A stretch of DNA of 64,000 bases from Iphione sp. A-MEVVRFRX5 (Eukaryota): the NCBI GenBank assembly GCA_976226885.1, contig OZ320314.1:60326001-60390000 (forward strand), given 5' to 3'. Position 1 is the stretch's first letter. Each line of letters opens with the position of its first letter. Under the pieces are notes generated by a model. It saw only the letters and a list, made by a program, of their open reading frames with translations, did no database searches and was not told the origin of the DNA. The translations under genes and the position numbers were made by a program. Shown piece by piece: positions 40,450 to 52,087 of this stretch.

Positions 40450-41281
40450 GTGGCCCCACTTAAATTTGTCCGGAAAACTCAGTTGTTGTTACTTTTATCT
40501 CTGTTGAACGTGTCTTTCTAGCTACAGTATATATGTCGCTTAGATACTTTGGAAGGCCTGATTTCCGTGTGAACGTGTATCCCTGATATTGCTGCATGAT
40601 ATTGCTGCATCCCGATGCCGCTAATGTTTACTTAGACAAATGATCCTGCAACAACCCAGAACACGATAAGACGTGTAAAAGTTGGCAAATTACTTGCTCT
40701 TCATTTTTCAATCGAAATTTTCTGTATTTTTAAAACTCCAGTATTCATCATAATTTCATGACTAAATTAACCAACCATTGCAAATTGAATATACATTTTA
40801 AGATTCTGATGTCCTTAACCTACCCTCTTATAATAGACCGATCACACATATCATATAGTTACATTCTGTTTCCAGCGTCATGTATGACGTATTTTTAACT
40901 GCTTCCCCCGACAGCTCAAACAGCTGTACCTGCAAATGGTTAAAAGTGCATCATCTCTACCCGTTTACTTGATTATTCCCACCTATTGTGCAATCAGTCT
41001 ATTACAGCAAAGAATTAAATGATACTAAAATTACTCTTTGTTGCCAAGCTTTCCTATTATCTATTCCTATTATCTATCATATGGTATTGCTTATCTTCTA
41101 CTAGGTACCTGAGAAAATGTCATTTTAACTACCATTTTCAGCAACAAAAAAAAGTATATTTGTTTTGGGGTCCTGTAGGGGTCACAGCATCTTTTTAGAC
41201 AGCTACTGGTAAATCAAATAGCTGCGATGATTGTACTTAGGTAAAGAGACGATTTATTTCACGAATTTGACCGTGCACCAG

Positions 41282-41502
41282 GGCCCTTGAGGTATTAGAG
41301 CAGCAGGGCCGGCCGTTGAGTGAGTTGCTCGCCGTACAACACGAGGCCGCGTCGACGACCGCTCCCGAGGAACGAGCAGAGTTGGTGCCAGGGGGAAATG
41401 ACGAAGAGACGGCTGGGTCGGGCAGTGCAACAGGTGACGGTATCCGCGGACCATTACGATTTGAGTTCACCACGGTTTTGTGGATCCAGTGTGATCAAGA
41501 AG
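41282..41502 (+). CDS. TRIT1: tRNA dimethylallyltransferase exon
   Basis: AG/GT, phase 2-1; ALEVLEQQGRPLSELL...GPLRFEFTTVLWIQCDQE. Confidence 0.9.
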
Positions 41503-41857
41503 GTACTAAATGCATTTTTTGATTCGATAGTCTCCATCACCGTCGTCTTTGGAGGATTGTAATAAAATAGAAATGATAGTGGCAATGCAAGTTCTCGTGT
41601 ACTATTGCAGAAAAGTAAACAGAAACCACCTGCTTGTGAAGTATGTAACATGGCAGAAATTACCTGTTTATGACAAAGTTAAAAAGAACTTTAAATCTTT
41701 ATTGATACAAATGAGTATGTTTCAGGTTGCAATTTCATACATTACTATTTAACGAAAACCACCCGTACATGTCACAAGCATTTGTTGCATTTTTTGCCTG
41801 TGAAGGTAGTATCTTTTCTACCATTAAATTTGTTTCACAAATGTACTTGGTTTCTAG

Positions 41858-41969
41858 TGCTCGACAGACGGACAGATGACCGCGTGGACCAGATGATAGA
41901 GGCAGGCCTCATAGAAGAGCTGACGGACTTCCATCGTCGCTACAATGAGGAGCGCCTCAGGGAGAACAA
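41858..41969 (+). CDS. TRIT1: tRNA dimethylallyltransferase exon
   Basis: AG/GT, phase 1-2; VLDRRTDDRVDQMIEAGLIEELTDFHRRYN. Confidence 0.95.
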
Positions 41970-43499
41970 GTACGTCCGCAGCTTACTCCCTTTAAGTTGG
42001 CGTGAGCATAGATTAGCGTACACATTCGCTGGAGTATGGGTTTCCCATTTCGTGGCCAGACTACAAACCTGTAGAAACAGAACTCTGCTGTTTGTTGGAG
42101 GAATGACTGTCCACCTTACGTCTCGGGACCTTGCCCTTTGGAGGACAGTCATCTTATGTTGGTACAACCAGGCATGTGTATCTGTAGTAATTCCAGGAAT
42201 TTTCTTTAACCAAGAGGCAGATTTTGCTGTCTGTATGTTATTAATATGTAATTGACGTATGAATTGCATATATAACAAACTCATGTATGGGTCGGAGATT
42301 TAACAGTATGAACTAACAGAATTTTTTATACACTTAACTCCCTCCGTTTGATTTGTAGAGTGCATGTATGTGTTTATGAAAGTGCCTACTGTTAGTGCAA
42401 TCGATTACGGAAATATTTTTGGCGTGTATAAATAACACATAAAAGAAAGAAGTGGGCGCGCATTAACAGCCCACTTTGGCTGAGAAAGGAGTCTCCCTCA
42501 TCTTACACCAAGGAATACCTGAAGTAAAGGATCAACGTGCGTTACTTCACCTCAAAGGTTACCATCCTGTAGAAAGCATCACTTTCTTGTAAGAACTCAG
42601 CTTGGCATGCTTGCGAAGGAGGACCTGACACACTGCAATTAATTGTTCTCTGGGAACTACTTTTTTATCAGTCCAGCAGGAAAATTCATATACTTGCAGC
42701 TGGAGTGCTCAATTGCAGGTACATTTTATTCTTGGAGAATAAGTCGGAGAAAGATTGGATATTCAGCAGTTAAACACGGCTAACCATTTCCCGAAAATAA
42801 ATAGCCACGTGTTCACCAGCTTAACTTATTCCTGGCTATATAGTGACTATGTAAATGACCAGTGTGAACCTCCCTCTACATTAGAAATTAGGTTCTCCAG
42901 AACATTGCTGTCTGCGTTATTGTTCACCATAGCGTACTTGTGGTTACTTTGCAAGCTAAAAGCTTTGGTACTTGCAAATATATATAAGGGTGAAATACAT
43001 TTATTTTTTTTATTTTTTTCCCATTTCATTTTGTTGTATAGTTAACCAGGAACTAGATATTCAGCTGTCATTTTAGCTGTTCTTCTATATCTTACTGGGA
43101 TAACATACTACCATATACATGTATTACTGAGAACTGACAGACCAGAATACCCTAGATTGCCCACGACTCTTATTCTGAACAGGTTTCTGGGGTCTTCTTT
43201 TTGCATATTGGACAGAATCCCATACTCCCATGGCTTTTGTTACAAGTTGTGGACCACTCTATACTTATTTGACATTACAAAGACATTACGGCCTTTTTCT
43301 ATTATTTCAAATAAATGCAATAATCTAGAAGATATTTGGTTTTCAGGATTTTTGTGTAAAATATCACACAAATCTGTAAGTTTCTTTTACATCTTAGTCC
43401 AGTGTAGGAAAGCAGAAATCAGTGATAGAGTAATCTCCTTGTATTTGTTACTTAATTCAGCTTCCAGTTACATTTTATGTATCCCATGTGTTTCCCTAG

Positions 43500-43618
43500 G
43501 GAACCAGACTACACATCTGGCATTTTCCAGACCATCGGCTTCAAAGAATTCCATACCTACCTTTTACTGACCCCTGAAGAAAGACAAACATCGCTGGGAC
43601 AAGCATTATTCAAAGCAG
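43500..43618 (+). CDS. TRIT1: tRNA dimethylallyltransferase exon
   Basis: AG/GT, phase 2-1; DYTSGIFQTIGFKEFHTYL (IGFKEF motif). Confidence 0.95.
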
Positions 43619-43731
43619 GTGGGAAAGTGATCAATCATAGGAGCCTCTGGACGAGATTGATTGATTGGTTTATTGGTTGATTAATGAATTGATTGATTGT
43701 GTGTGTGCGTGTGCATGCTTGTAAGGCATTA

Positions 43732-44632
43732 CAGGAGAAACTTACTTTCCGACCATCTTGCTTTACGACCAAAACGCCCATTCCGACCATTTTGGGTCGG
43801 AACGGAATTAATTTCAGTACATTTCTTATATGATACCCTCTCACTTTGCGACCATATTGCTTTCCGACCATATTCAGCCTCCGACCACACCTCCTAGGGT
43901 CGTTTTTAGTACATTTTAATATCACTTTGCGACCATCAACTTCGACGACTTTGATGTTCCTCACACCGTGGAGGGGTTGGCGGGGGTGGTCGCGGGATGT
44001 CAAGGCGTCAACTTCGACGACTTTGATGTTCCTCACACCGTGGAGGGGTTGGCCGGGGTGGTCGCGGGATGTCGAGGCGTCAACTTTGACGACTTTGATG
44101 GTCTCTCACCCTGGAGGGCTAGCCCGAGAGTGGTCGCGGGCGTTTTTAGTACATTTTAATATCACTTTGCGACCATCAACTTCGACGACTTTGATGTTCC
44201 TCACACCGTGGAGGGGTTGGCCGGGGTGGTCGCGGGATGTCGAGGCGTCAACTTCGACGACTTTGATGTTCCTCACACCGTGGAGGGGTTGGCCGGGATG
44301 GTCGCGGGATGTCGAGGCGTCAACTTTGACGTCTTTGATGGTCTCTCACCCTGGAGGGGTTGGCGGGGGTGGTCGCGGGATGTCGAGGCATCAACTTCGA
44401 CGACTTTGATGTTCCTCACACCGTGGAGGGGTTGGCCGGGGTGGTCGCGGGATGTCGACCATAATCACTTTCCTTTGTTTATTTAGATGGTGTACATGTA
44501 TTTGTAGAGAGAGAGAGAGAAAGGGATATGATTTCAAGCCCAGACCCCCTCTATAATCACTTTGCGACCATATTCAGAATTACGACCATTTTGGGCCGAC
44601 CCAAGTGGTGGTCGCAAAGTGAGTTTCTCCTG
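43732..44632. mobile_element. Tc1/mariner(pogo)-type MITE with internal 72-bp tandem array, in a TRIT1 intron
   Basis: 23-bp TIR CAGGAGAAACT[T/C]ACTTT[C/G]CGACC with 2 mismatches; TA on both sides (43730-43731, 44633-44634); many subterminal CGACCA motifs. Confidence 0.85.
43901..44458. repeat. 72-bp tandem repeat with a 240-bp higher-order duplication
   Basis: Units at 43936, 44008 and onward; block CGTTTTTAGTACATTTTAATATCACTTTGCGACC at both 43901 and 44141. Confidence 0.9.
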
Positions 44633-45263
44633 TATTTTTTAGAGGGACAGTTTTCTCGTTTGTTGACAGTATACATGTACCTCTCTACCTGGATCCCCTG
44701 TATTCCTGATAATTTGCTCCAGTGATTGAAGCATCTTTATAAGGTATACATGCACATGAAAGTACAGGCAACTGTCATAGAGGTCTCATTACACTGCCTG
44801 AATAAAACATTCCCTGAAGGTACTTCCATCCATAGAAGTCTCACCTCATAATTGAAGTTGTGTGGTCATAGAAAAGTACTGTACTTTGTTATTCATCGAT
44901 ACGTAAGGAACTAGTATTGAAATAGAAAGTATTTAATGTATATTTTCTGTTTGGCATAGACCTATCGTTAAAAACTTTATGAGGCCTTACTCGGGGGGGG
45001 GGGGCGAGTCTGAATACAAGGGAGCCCCAGTATCGATTTCATAGGAGAATCCCACCAAATTTGTATCAACTCCCAGTTGGAGTGGCATAGCTAGGAAAGC
45101 TTGTGATGGCTTTTGTGGGGTGGTGTTACAACATAGTATCGCCCTCTCTGTGCTAGGTGAATTTATAGTGTGTGGATATAATCGACAAGCTACCTAGATG
45201 AAATGCCGGTATATGTACAGGTTTCCTTGAGGAATGAATGATATAAACATGTGCTTTTATCAG

Positions 45264-45341
45264 GTGTTGAGGAGATGAAGCGAGTCACACGTCGGTATGC
45301 ACGAAAACAACGCACATGGATCAATAATAGGTTTCTGAAAC
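45264..45341 (+). CDS. TRIT1: tRNA dimethylallyltransferase exon
   Basis: AG/GT, phase 1-1; GVEEMKRVTRRYARKQRTWINNRFL (T.RYARKQ..W motif). Confidence 0.95.
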
Positions 45342-45889
45342 GTAAGTAATGACAGTTTAGAGGAAAGTACAGAATTAATTGTTGTAAATTTTCATATTGC
45401 ATGTTGTTCTGAGTGATACAAGAGTGTGGACCTGCTAGGTCTATTGTCACCCACCATCAAGTGGCCATGTCATGCTTGATTGCACCTCCTTTGGTCAGAC
45501 AGCTACAAGGTGGTGCTGACAGGGGAGGGAGGAAGGGAGGGAGAGAGAGAGACAGAGTCCGAGAGCGGTGAGCGAGTGAGTGAGTGAGTGCGTGCGTGCG
45601 TGCATGTGCGCAGGTACACATGCATCTCCCCCCCCCCCCCCACAGAGAAGGATACCTGAGGGGGGACCTTAGGGGGCTCTAATTAAAGAAGACCATGAAG
45701 TACTTTTATGAAAATAAGGAAAAGGGTTGTTTCGAGGGGAAATAAAAGATATTGGATAAGAAGTTTCTTTCTTATCGTTCTCATGGACGAGATTTTCCAG
45801 TTATTACAGGAAAAGTGTTTTATTCATTTCTAGTCTTTTCCTTTCTTTTATACACTTTAAAAAGGGGGCATTGGTCTTTTGTTGTGCAG

Positions 45890-45999
45890 GAAGGGGCTCC
45901 GCCTTGCCGCGTGTGTATGCTGTCAACTCCACGTTTCCCGATAGGTGGCAGCAGGATGCCTACGCTCCTGCTGTAGAAGTTCTCTCTGCCGTCATAGAT
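45890..45999 (+). CDS. TRIT1: tRNA dimethylallyltransferase exon
   Basis: AG/GT, phase 1-0; LPRVYAVNSTFPDRWQQDAYAPAVEVL. Confidence 0.9.
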
Positions 46000-46605
46000 G
46001 TAGGTGTTGCTCGTGATGGTTTCTCCACTGTTTCACAACGTCCAGTCTTGTCCGTGTAACCGTGTAAATACTAGGGAAACGAGCTAGGTAGAAAACAATC
46101 TGTTTTGAAGGAACACGTAGCCTTACATTTTATTATCGGACATCTCGTGAAATGTTCCGGACACGAAATTAGTTTTTATTGACCAGTCACTGTGTACATG
46201 CTTCACAAGTTGCCCATACCCATGTAGTTATAAGTGACTTCTTTTCCTTGGTATCTTACACTTTAAAAAAAAGTTATATTCAGTGTTTTAAAAACAGAAT
46301 TGCTACCAGGGGCATTCCTGTTAGTTGTTTGTATGCTGTGTAGAGATGAATTTACTAAGAAAAGGATAGATGTAAGGACAAAGGTTATCAGTGCTGTCCT
46401 ATACCTACAGATTTGCGTCAGTTACATTTGGCCAGGGTTCCCTCTCTTGAGTAAATGTGCAATTTCTTTTCATATTGTACACTAAGGCCTCCCAGTCACT
46501 GTCACGCAGCTGGCTGGAGCTTGGTATAAATCTACTTAGTGGGGCATTTGCCATCATTGGCAGATAGGGTGTCTAACCTTTTTTTTATTTTTGATTGCGT
46601 GGCAG

Positions 46606-46717
46606 GGGCGTGTCCCAGCTGTGAAGGCTCTGCCATGTGAGGAGAATACCAACGTGCCTGTTTACAATAGATGTGATATCTGTGATATGGTCTTCGTCAG
46701 GTCACAAGAGTGGAAAG
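46606..46717 (+). CDS. TRIT1: tRNA dimethylallyltransferase exon (zinc finger, first half)
   Basis: AG/GT, phase 0-1; YNRCDICDMVFVRSQEWK. Confidence 0.9.
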
Positions 46718-46979
46718 GTAAGAAAAGCTTTTTTTTTTTAAATTAAAGTACATTGAGTTCATTTTTGTTGAAATTTGATTGAAGGGGTCAAACGTAAAAA
46801 GGTATGTTTAAGATATATTCGGGATATAAAGATACATGTATTTGTCTTTTCTTGAAAAGTCGTAATATAAATCATTGTGATATTACATGAAATTTCTGAA
46901 GGATTTAGAAACAAATTTAACACCTATAACGGACACTTAGTGATATCCATCATAATAGCAGAAAATAATTCTTTCACAG

Positions 46980-47092
46980 CTCACCTTAAAGGACGCCGTC
47001 ACCGGAACAAATTGAAAAAGAGGAAGCGAGTAGGAAGTACTGGGGAATCTCAACATCGACAGACTAAACAAAAAACTGATACTGATGAATGA
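46980..47092 (+). CDS. TRIT1: tRNA dimethylallyltransferase terminal exon (zinc finger second half, basic tail, stop)
   Basis: AG acceptor, phase 1; AHLKGRRHRNKLKKRKR...TDE-stop. Confidence 0.9.
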
Positions 47093-47121
47093 TACTTGAA
47101 GATTTTAGGAATTAAATTCCA

Positions 47122-47127
47122 AATAAA
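47122..47127 (+). promoter_or_regulatory. Candidate polyadenylation signal of TRIT1
   Basis: AATAAA 30 nt after the stop codon (another near 47288). Confidence 0.45.
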
Positions 47128-47906
47128 AGTCCATTGAATGTGAAGTTGCTTGTTAGTAAATGACTTGAATGGCATACTACACGGTTATCATCTGGAACTA
47201 TTTAATAGATGTGATTAGTAATGTGATTTCATCTATTCATTTATTTTACTCTAGACATCATATACTTTAATGTATACACTTGCCAGAATAAAAAAATTCA
47301 ATTTAAAAAAAGATTATTGGATCAGAAAAAACATGTCATGAATATGGAAAGAAATTGATTAATACAAGATCAGAAGATAATACTAGGTAAAAAGAATACC
47401 GTAAAAATATCAAATGTCCTTAGAAGCAAACTTGAATAAGGTGATAGTTTTTCATTAAAGATTTTAAATAGTATGTATAGCAGATGCTGTTCTACCCATG
47501 CTGGTTTTCACTTACGTATTAGTATGCCTGATGGGGATGCGTATAATTGATTTTAAATTTTTTATTCACTTATCAAGTATACAGAGTACCAGGATCTTTC
47601 AGTAAAAAACAATTATAGTTGAGGAATAATAGAAGAAATGGCAAGGTTAGAGGGGAATACAAACTTGGAAGGCGATACAATCAGACAAAATAAGCAATAG
47701 GAAATAGAAATAAGGTAGGATATGGATACAGTATGACAAGTCGAGAAGAATACATTGATAGAATGAACAGGTACAATAGGAAAATCGGAGATAACAGTGA
47801 TAACAAGGGAAGTAGGAACTCCAATGGATACACCCCGAAGTTACAGAGTAGATCCTGATCAGTGTCTAGAGTAAATGACACATGCAATGGTCACCTTTCA
47901 TCTGTT

Positions 47907-48355
47907 TTAATCTAGTAGCATTCTGAGCTTCCTTACATCATTAGTACTTTTTACTTCCACCGGAAGGCTATTCCACCTGCACACTCTCGTACCAGAAGCA
48001 CCTGTCCGATTTACTAGACCTAGACTTGCACAAAGGTAGGTGTGGACCAGTACTCGGCCGTGTTCTCCTCTCAGGTCGAAGACGACATAGACCAAGCTTA
48101 ACAAGTTTGCGAACTAGTAGAGGTCCTTGATCAGCACCTCTTGTCTGCAAGCTTGTGAGGCCAAGTACCTCAGAGATTTCGCAGATCTCTTGAGTTTTCT
48201 TAGTACAGAGTGCCACCAGGTTCAGGAGGTTGTTGTACTCCACGTGTAATTTCTCAGGTTTTTGCCTGACTACACCAGAAGCCACAATCCATAATCAAAA
48301 TTAGGACCCACGAAGACCCTGAACAACTCGATCAAGGAAGGGCAGTAGTGGGGAC
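47907..48355 (-). mobile_element. Degenerate CR1/L2-group LINE, 3' part of ORF2 (left half of a LINE split by the Ngaro element)
   Basis: LIELFRVFVGPNFDYG...LGLTSLQTR...RVCRWNSLPVEVKSTNDVRKLRMLLD with frameshifts; typical LINE ORF2 C-terminus. Confidence 0.75.
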
Positions 48356-48542
48356 TATTGTACTTGTAATTCTGCTTATAAGTGAAATAGAAGAGGCAGG
48401 GAGTGGAAGGAAAATAACATGTTTATTGCTAGGACATGAAGGAGTCTCTTGAGACTGAGGCGTACATTACATGGAATAAACTGACATATAATAAACATAC
48501 AATGTGGGGTCTCTTGAGACTGATCTGCACACTCTTATACCC
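48356..48542. repeat. Split direct repeat B2 (187 bp)
   Basis: Matches 48918-49104 with 2 mismatches. Confidence 0.95.
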
Positions 48543-48801
48543 TTTATTATGACGTAGTCTCTTAAGACTACAGGATGAGGTACACGATACAACGTGAAAT
48601 ACATATACAGTTGCGTGGGGTCTCTTGAGACCGAGCCACTAGAGACTGAAATAACACATGCATTTTTGTGGAGTCTCTTGAGACTGAGCCACACCACATA
48701 ATTCATATTCAATGCCTCTTCATGTGAGGCTTGACATGCAATTGAAGCATATGTACATCATAGTAGAAAAATAACAGTAATTCGTGGGGGGGGTGGGCGG
48801 G

Positions 48802-48917
48802 ATTCAAAAACCAACTGATGCATTGGCCCGGCGGCGGCTGATAGGTTAACCATATGCCTAAAGGGGGCGCCACAATCCAGCACAATACCCTGCGACTGCC
48901 TCATGCAGTAGCTCACC
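48802..48917. repeat. Split direct repeat A2 (116 bp)
   Basis: Matches 52931-53046 with 2 mismatches. Confidence 0.95.
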
Positions 48918-49104
48918 TATTGTACTTGTAATTCTGCTTATAAGTGAAATAGAAGAGGCAGGGAGTGGAAGGAAAATAACATGTTTATTGCTAGGACATG
49001 AAGGAGTCTCTTGAGACTGAGGCATACATTACATGGAATAAACTGACATACAATAAACATACAATGTGGGGTCTCTTGAGACTGATCTGCACACTCTTAT
49101 ACCC
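48918..49104. repeat. Split direct repeat B1 (187 bp), abutting A2
   Basis: Junction GCTCACC|TATTGTAC; copy of 48356-48542. Confidence 0.95.
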
Positions 49105-49118
49105 AAACCCATAGGGAA

Positions 49119-50009
49119 TTACGCCAAGTGTTGAGCTTGGGATAGCAAGTTTGCTGCTTTCTTGGATGCTAGCTGACGACTAGTGTACTGGGTGCACACT
49201 GGAAGTGACTTCCATGTACCTTGTGCTAGGATTTCTGAATCCGAGGCACCAGCCATTTGTAGTGCCTGGGCACCTCCTCGCCTAAAACTGTGGAGTGAAT
49301 AGCCCTCAGGGTTGAGACCGATGGCAGATATGCATTTCTTTAGAACAATGGACAATTTTTTGGTGGTGAACGGGTTTTTGAACACTGGATCGACAAATAA
49401 AGGCTGGTCTGATGAGGTAGTGGGTACTGCGGCTAGCATCCTCTTCATAGCAGACACTGGACAATTAATGGTAGATGTGGATGGGAGAGTGAGAACCTCA
49501 GGTATACCTGAGCAAATCGTTTTTGACCATTTGATGGATACCAGCATGTCACGACCTTGCATGGTTACATCCGATCTAGTGAGTTGTTTCCTCGGATCAA
49601 ATTTACTAATACTTTTTGGTGCAACATTGCTCTGGCGGACTAGCGAATAAAACATAAAGGTGAAGACACAATGGAGGACTACACCCAGAGTGCCCAGTCT
49701 CTGTAAATGATCGGCAATTTGGATCAACATACAATCAGTAACCGGGTGTTTTTTATTAATGATATGACAAGAAGTATTTTGAAGTGCCTTTAACGCCGTG
49801 TACACTCTGTGAGAGTTAACGCCTGACACAGGGTAATCCTTCTGGAGTAATAAATACCTTAGTGATGAAACATATTGAGAACATACGGATGGGGTCCATC
49901 CTTGGAGGTTTAAGTATTCGATGTACAACATGATATGATAATCTTCGAGGTTGTCTATTGGAAAAGAATAGTCGTGACAGAAGGCTACACCAAGTTGAGC
50001 CTGCTGCAT
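49119..50009 (-). CDS. Tyrosine recombinase/integrase of the Ngaro element (296 aa from first ATG; frame open to about 50112)
   Basis: LVRQSNV (R), WSKT (K), YSLHSFRRGGA (HxxR), QGTWKS...QY (W,Y); no internal stops. Confidence 0.93.
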   Translation of the reverse strand: MQQAQLGVAFCHDYSFPIDNLEDYHIMLYIEYLNLQGWTPSVCSQYVSSLRYLLLQKDYPVSGVNSHRVYTALKALQNTSCHIINKKHPVTDCMLIQIADHLQRLGTLGVVLHCVFTFMFYSLVRQSNVAPKSISKFDPRKQLTRSDVTMQGRDMLVSIKWSKTICSGIPEVLTLPSTSTINCPVSAMKRMLAAVPTTSSDQPLFVDPVFKNPFTTKKLSIVLKKCISAIGLNPEGYSLHSFRRGGAQALQMAGASDSEILAQGTWKSLPVCTQYTSRQLASKKAANLLSQAQHLA

Positions 50010-50095
50010 CCTCCTAGCATGTGTGGCTGGTGTAACTGATTGCGTTTGCCTCTGAATGGCCCTTGATGCTAGTGGCCTTAGCTCATCAACTGTAA

Positions 50096-52087
50096 TTAAA
50101 ATGATAATATTTTAGACAATACAGACTTTTGTGGGTAGACTCTACGAGAGTTTGGATACTTTGTCTTGAATTGTTTATATAAGGCTTGGTGCTTTGTTGT
50201 TTGGCTCAGTCTGGACAGTGCATCGGCATAAATCATTCGTACCCCCGGCATGTGAGTGAATACTAACGAGATATTGTGCATTGATGCATGTAGCCACGTA
50301 GCCCTGGCAATGGTGGCTAGGAAAGGGTCCCTAGTTTTACCTGTCGATAGTACAGAGATAGTGGCAGAATTGTCACAAAAAACCTGAATACGAGTGTGAG
50401 CATATGAGTCATCGAGTAGAGTGTAAATCGCTAGTGCTACATTAAATGCCTCTAACTGCGAAATAGGCATATGGGCTATGATGATAGGGGTTGGTACAGA
50501 GTAGTGCATTTTACTGGTGTATGCCCCTAGGCCAGTCAGGGAAGCATCGCAGTAGAGGTTATCAGCAGGTAGGGATTGAGGAATGATATAGACACCGTTG
50601 AATGATGGGAGGAAGCATGAGAACCATGATAAGTCCTTCTTAGCCTGATCTGAAAGAGTGACATGTTTTTTTGAGTTACCTACTGCTAGGCGCACTTGTT
50701 CTAGCAGTGCGTTTATGAATAATCGTGCTGGAGGAGAGCAGCGAGAGATAAAATTTATAAGGCCTAGTACAGACTGCAACTCTTTCGTTTGGATTGAATC
50801 TGCTTGTAAAAAGGGCTGTATCCTATGCTGGAGTTCCTCTATTTTACTAACTGGAATGGACATGACTTGTTTTTCAGTCTGTATGCACACCCCTAGCCAT
50901 GTTGTGTCATTAGATGGGGGGGAGCATTTGTCATGCGCAACCTGTAAACCAAGTTTGGACAAAGTCAACATAGTATGGCTATGTGCCTCCTGTAGGGTAT
51001 GCATATTCTTATGGAGCAATATGAAATCATCAATATATGCCAGCATGGTAAGACCAGGGAACCGAAGCATAATCTTATTTGCAATGGACTCAGTGACAGA
51101 TTGTAACAAGAGTGACGAAAACCTAGTGCCGAAAGGCAGTGAAAGATCAGTATAGAAATGATCACAGAATTTGAATGATAACAGGGGCCAGTCGAGGGGG
51201 TCTATAGGAAAATGTCTATAGGCACGTTTCAAGTCTATTGTTGAGGAAAACAGAGTGGTCGGGTTTGACATTATTAGGTGAGAAATGATCTCAGTTGTAG
51301 GCAGGTGAACACGGGCTGGGATACCAAAATAATTGTGCTTGGGTATGAATGAATTAACCTGGCTATGTGATAAGTCCACTATAATACGCTTGTCGAGAGA
51401 ATTTTTCTTAGGCCTAGTTGTGAGCGGACTCACGGCTGAAAAAGGAAGGAATGGGTCATTACTCAGTGGGCCGATTATTGCCCGATGTGCCAGTTCGGTG
51501 CAAACATATTTGTGAATATGTGGAGGATCATCATCTGCTAATGGGTAAAGAGGTTTATTATTATGTGGTACATTGGAGCCTGCATATCCCATAGGGAAGC
51601 CGTAGGTCGCAAACTGGATCAACATGAATTCGGATGGGTCCGTTACATCAAACAGCTCATTCCAATATGATAGGTTAAGGCATGAGGTCAAGGGTATTTT
51701 GGCCTCGAGGTGGTTTGGTAGGCCAGTGGACTTAACCGCTGAGTAAATCAATGCTAGAGTGTCTGGAAACTCGTGACTGGGCTCAGGCCAGTTGAAGACC
51801 TTATGTGCAATTAGACCATTGTGAGAAATTGCAGGTGTGTCTATTTCAGGCGTTGTGTCGGTGAAGAGTAGATCAGGGGTGAGATCGTTGCAGGTAGTCT
51901 GTGGCAGCTGCTCAGTGGAGTGGGCTGCGTCTACCACTCGGGGTCTGGTCGGTTGCGCCTGTTGTCGCTTGTGGTTGCTCCAGTCTTCGACTGGTACATC
52001 GTGTTGCCCGTCTGTCATCGGCGTGAGCGGCATTGGTCTATTTTGTGGTCCATCTGCTTGTTCACGTTGTAGTAGCAGAAGGCACAA
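50096..52087 (-). CDS. Reverse transcriptase-RNase H of the Ngaro element (663-codon open frame; first ATG lies downstream of the annotated start)
   Basis: YGFPMGY, RIIVDLS, IDLKRAYRHFPI, LPFGTRFS, AYIDDF, WLGV; RNase H CDASLTGLG, QLEAFN, FCDNSA, ADALSR; no internal stops. Confidence 0.95.
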   Translation of the reverse strand: MCLLLLQREQADGPQNRPMPLTPMTDGQHDVPVEDWSNHKRQQAQPTRPRVVDAAHSTEQLPQTTCNDLTPDLLFTDTTPEIDTPAISHNGLIAHKVFNWPEPSHEFPDTLALIYSAVKSTGLPNHLEAKIPLTSCLNLSYWNELFDVTDPSEFMLIQFATYGFPMGYAGSNVPHNNKPLYPLADDDPPHIHKYVCTELAHRAIIGPLSNDPFLPFSAVSPLTTRPKKNSLDKRIIVDLSHSQVNSFIPKHNYFGIPARVHLPTTEIISHLIMSNPTTLFSSTIDLKRAYRHFPIDPLDWPLLSFKFCDHFYTDLSLPFGTRFSSLLLQSVTESIANKIMLRFPGLTMLAYIDDFILLHKNMHTLQEAHSHTMLTLSKLGLQVAHDKCSPPSNDTTWLGVCIQTEKQVMSIPVSKIEELQHRIQPFLQADSIQTKELQSVLGLINFISRCSPPARLFINALLEQVRLAVGNSKKHVTLSDQAKKDLSWFSCFLPSFNGVYIIPQSLPADNLYCDASLTGLGAYTSKMHYSVPTPIIIAHMPISQLEAFNVALAIYTLLDDSYAHTRIQVFCDNSATISVLSTGKTRDPFLATIARATWLHASMHNISLVFTHMPGVRMIYADALSRLSQTTKHQALYKQFKTKYPNSRRVYPQKSVLSKILSF

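Noticed and set aside
43846-44486. 187-aa and other repetitive ORFs that look like a repeat protein or CRISPR-like array
   Set aside because: They derive from a 72-bp tandem repeat inside a TA-flanked MITE; there are no unique spacers and no cas genes
48444-48684. CRISPR-like palindromic repeat-spacer pattern
   Set aside because: Repeats are only 12-14 bp, the linkers resemble each other, and the array is part of a retrotransposon terminus in a eukaryote; reported instead as iterated palindromes
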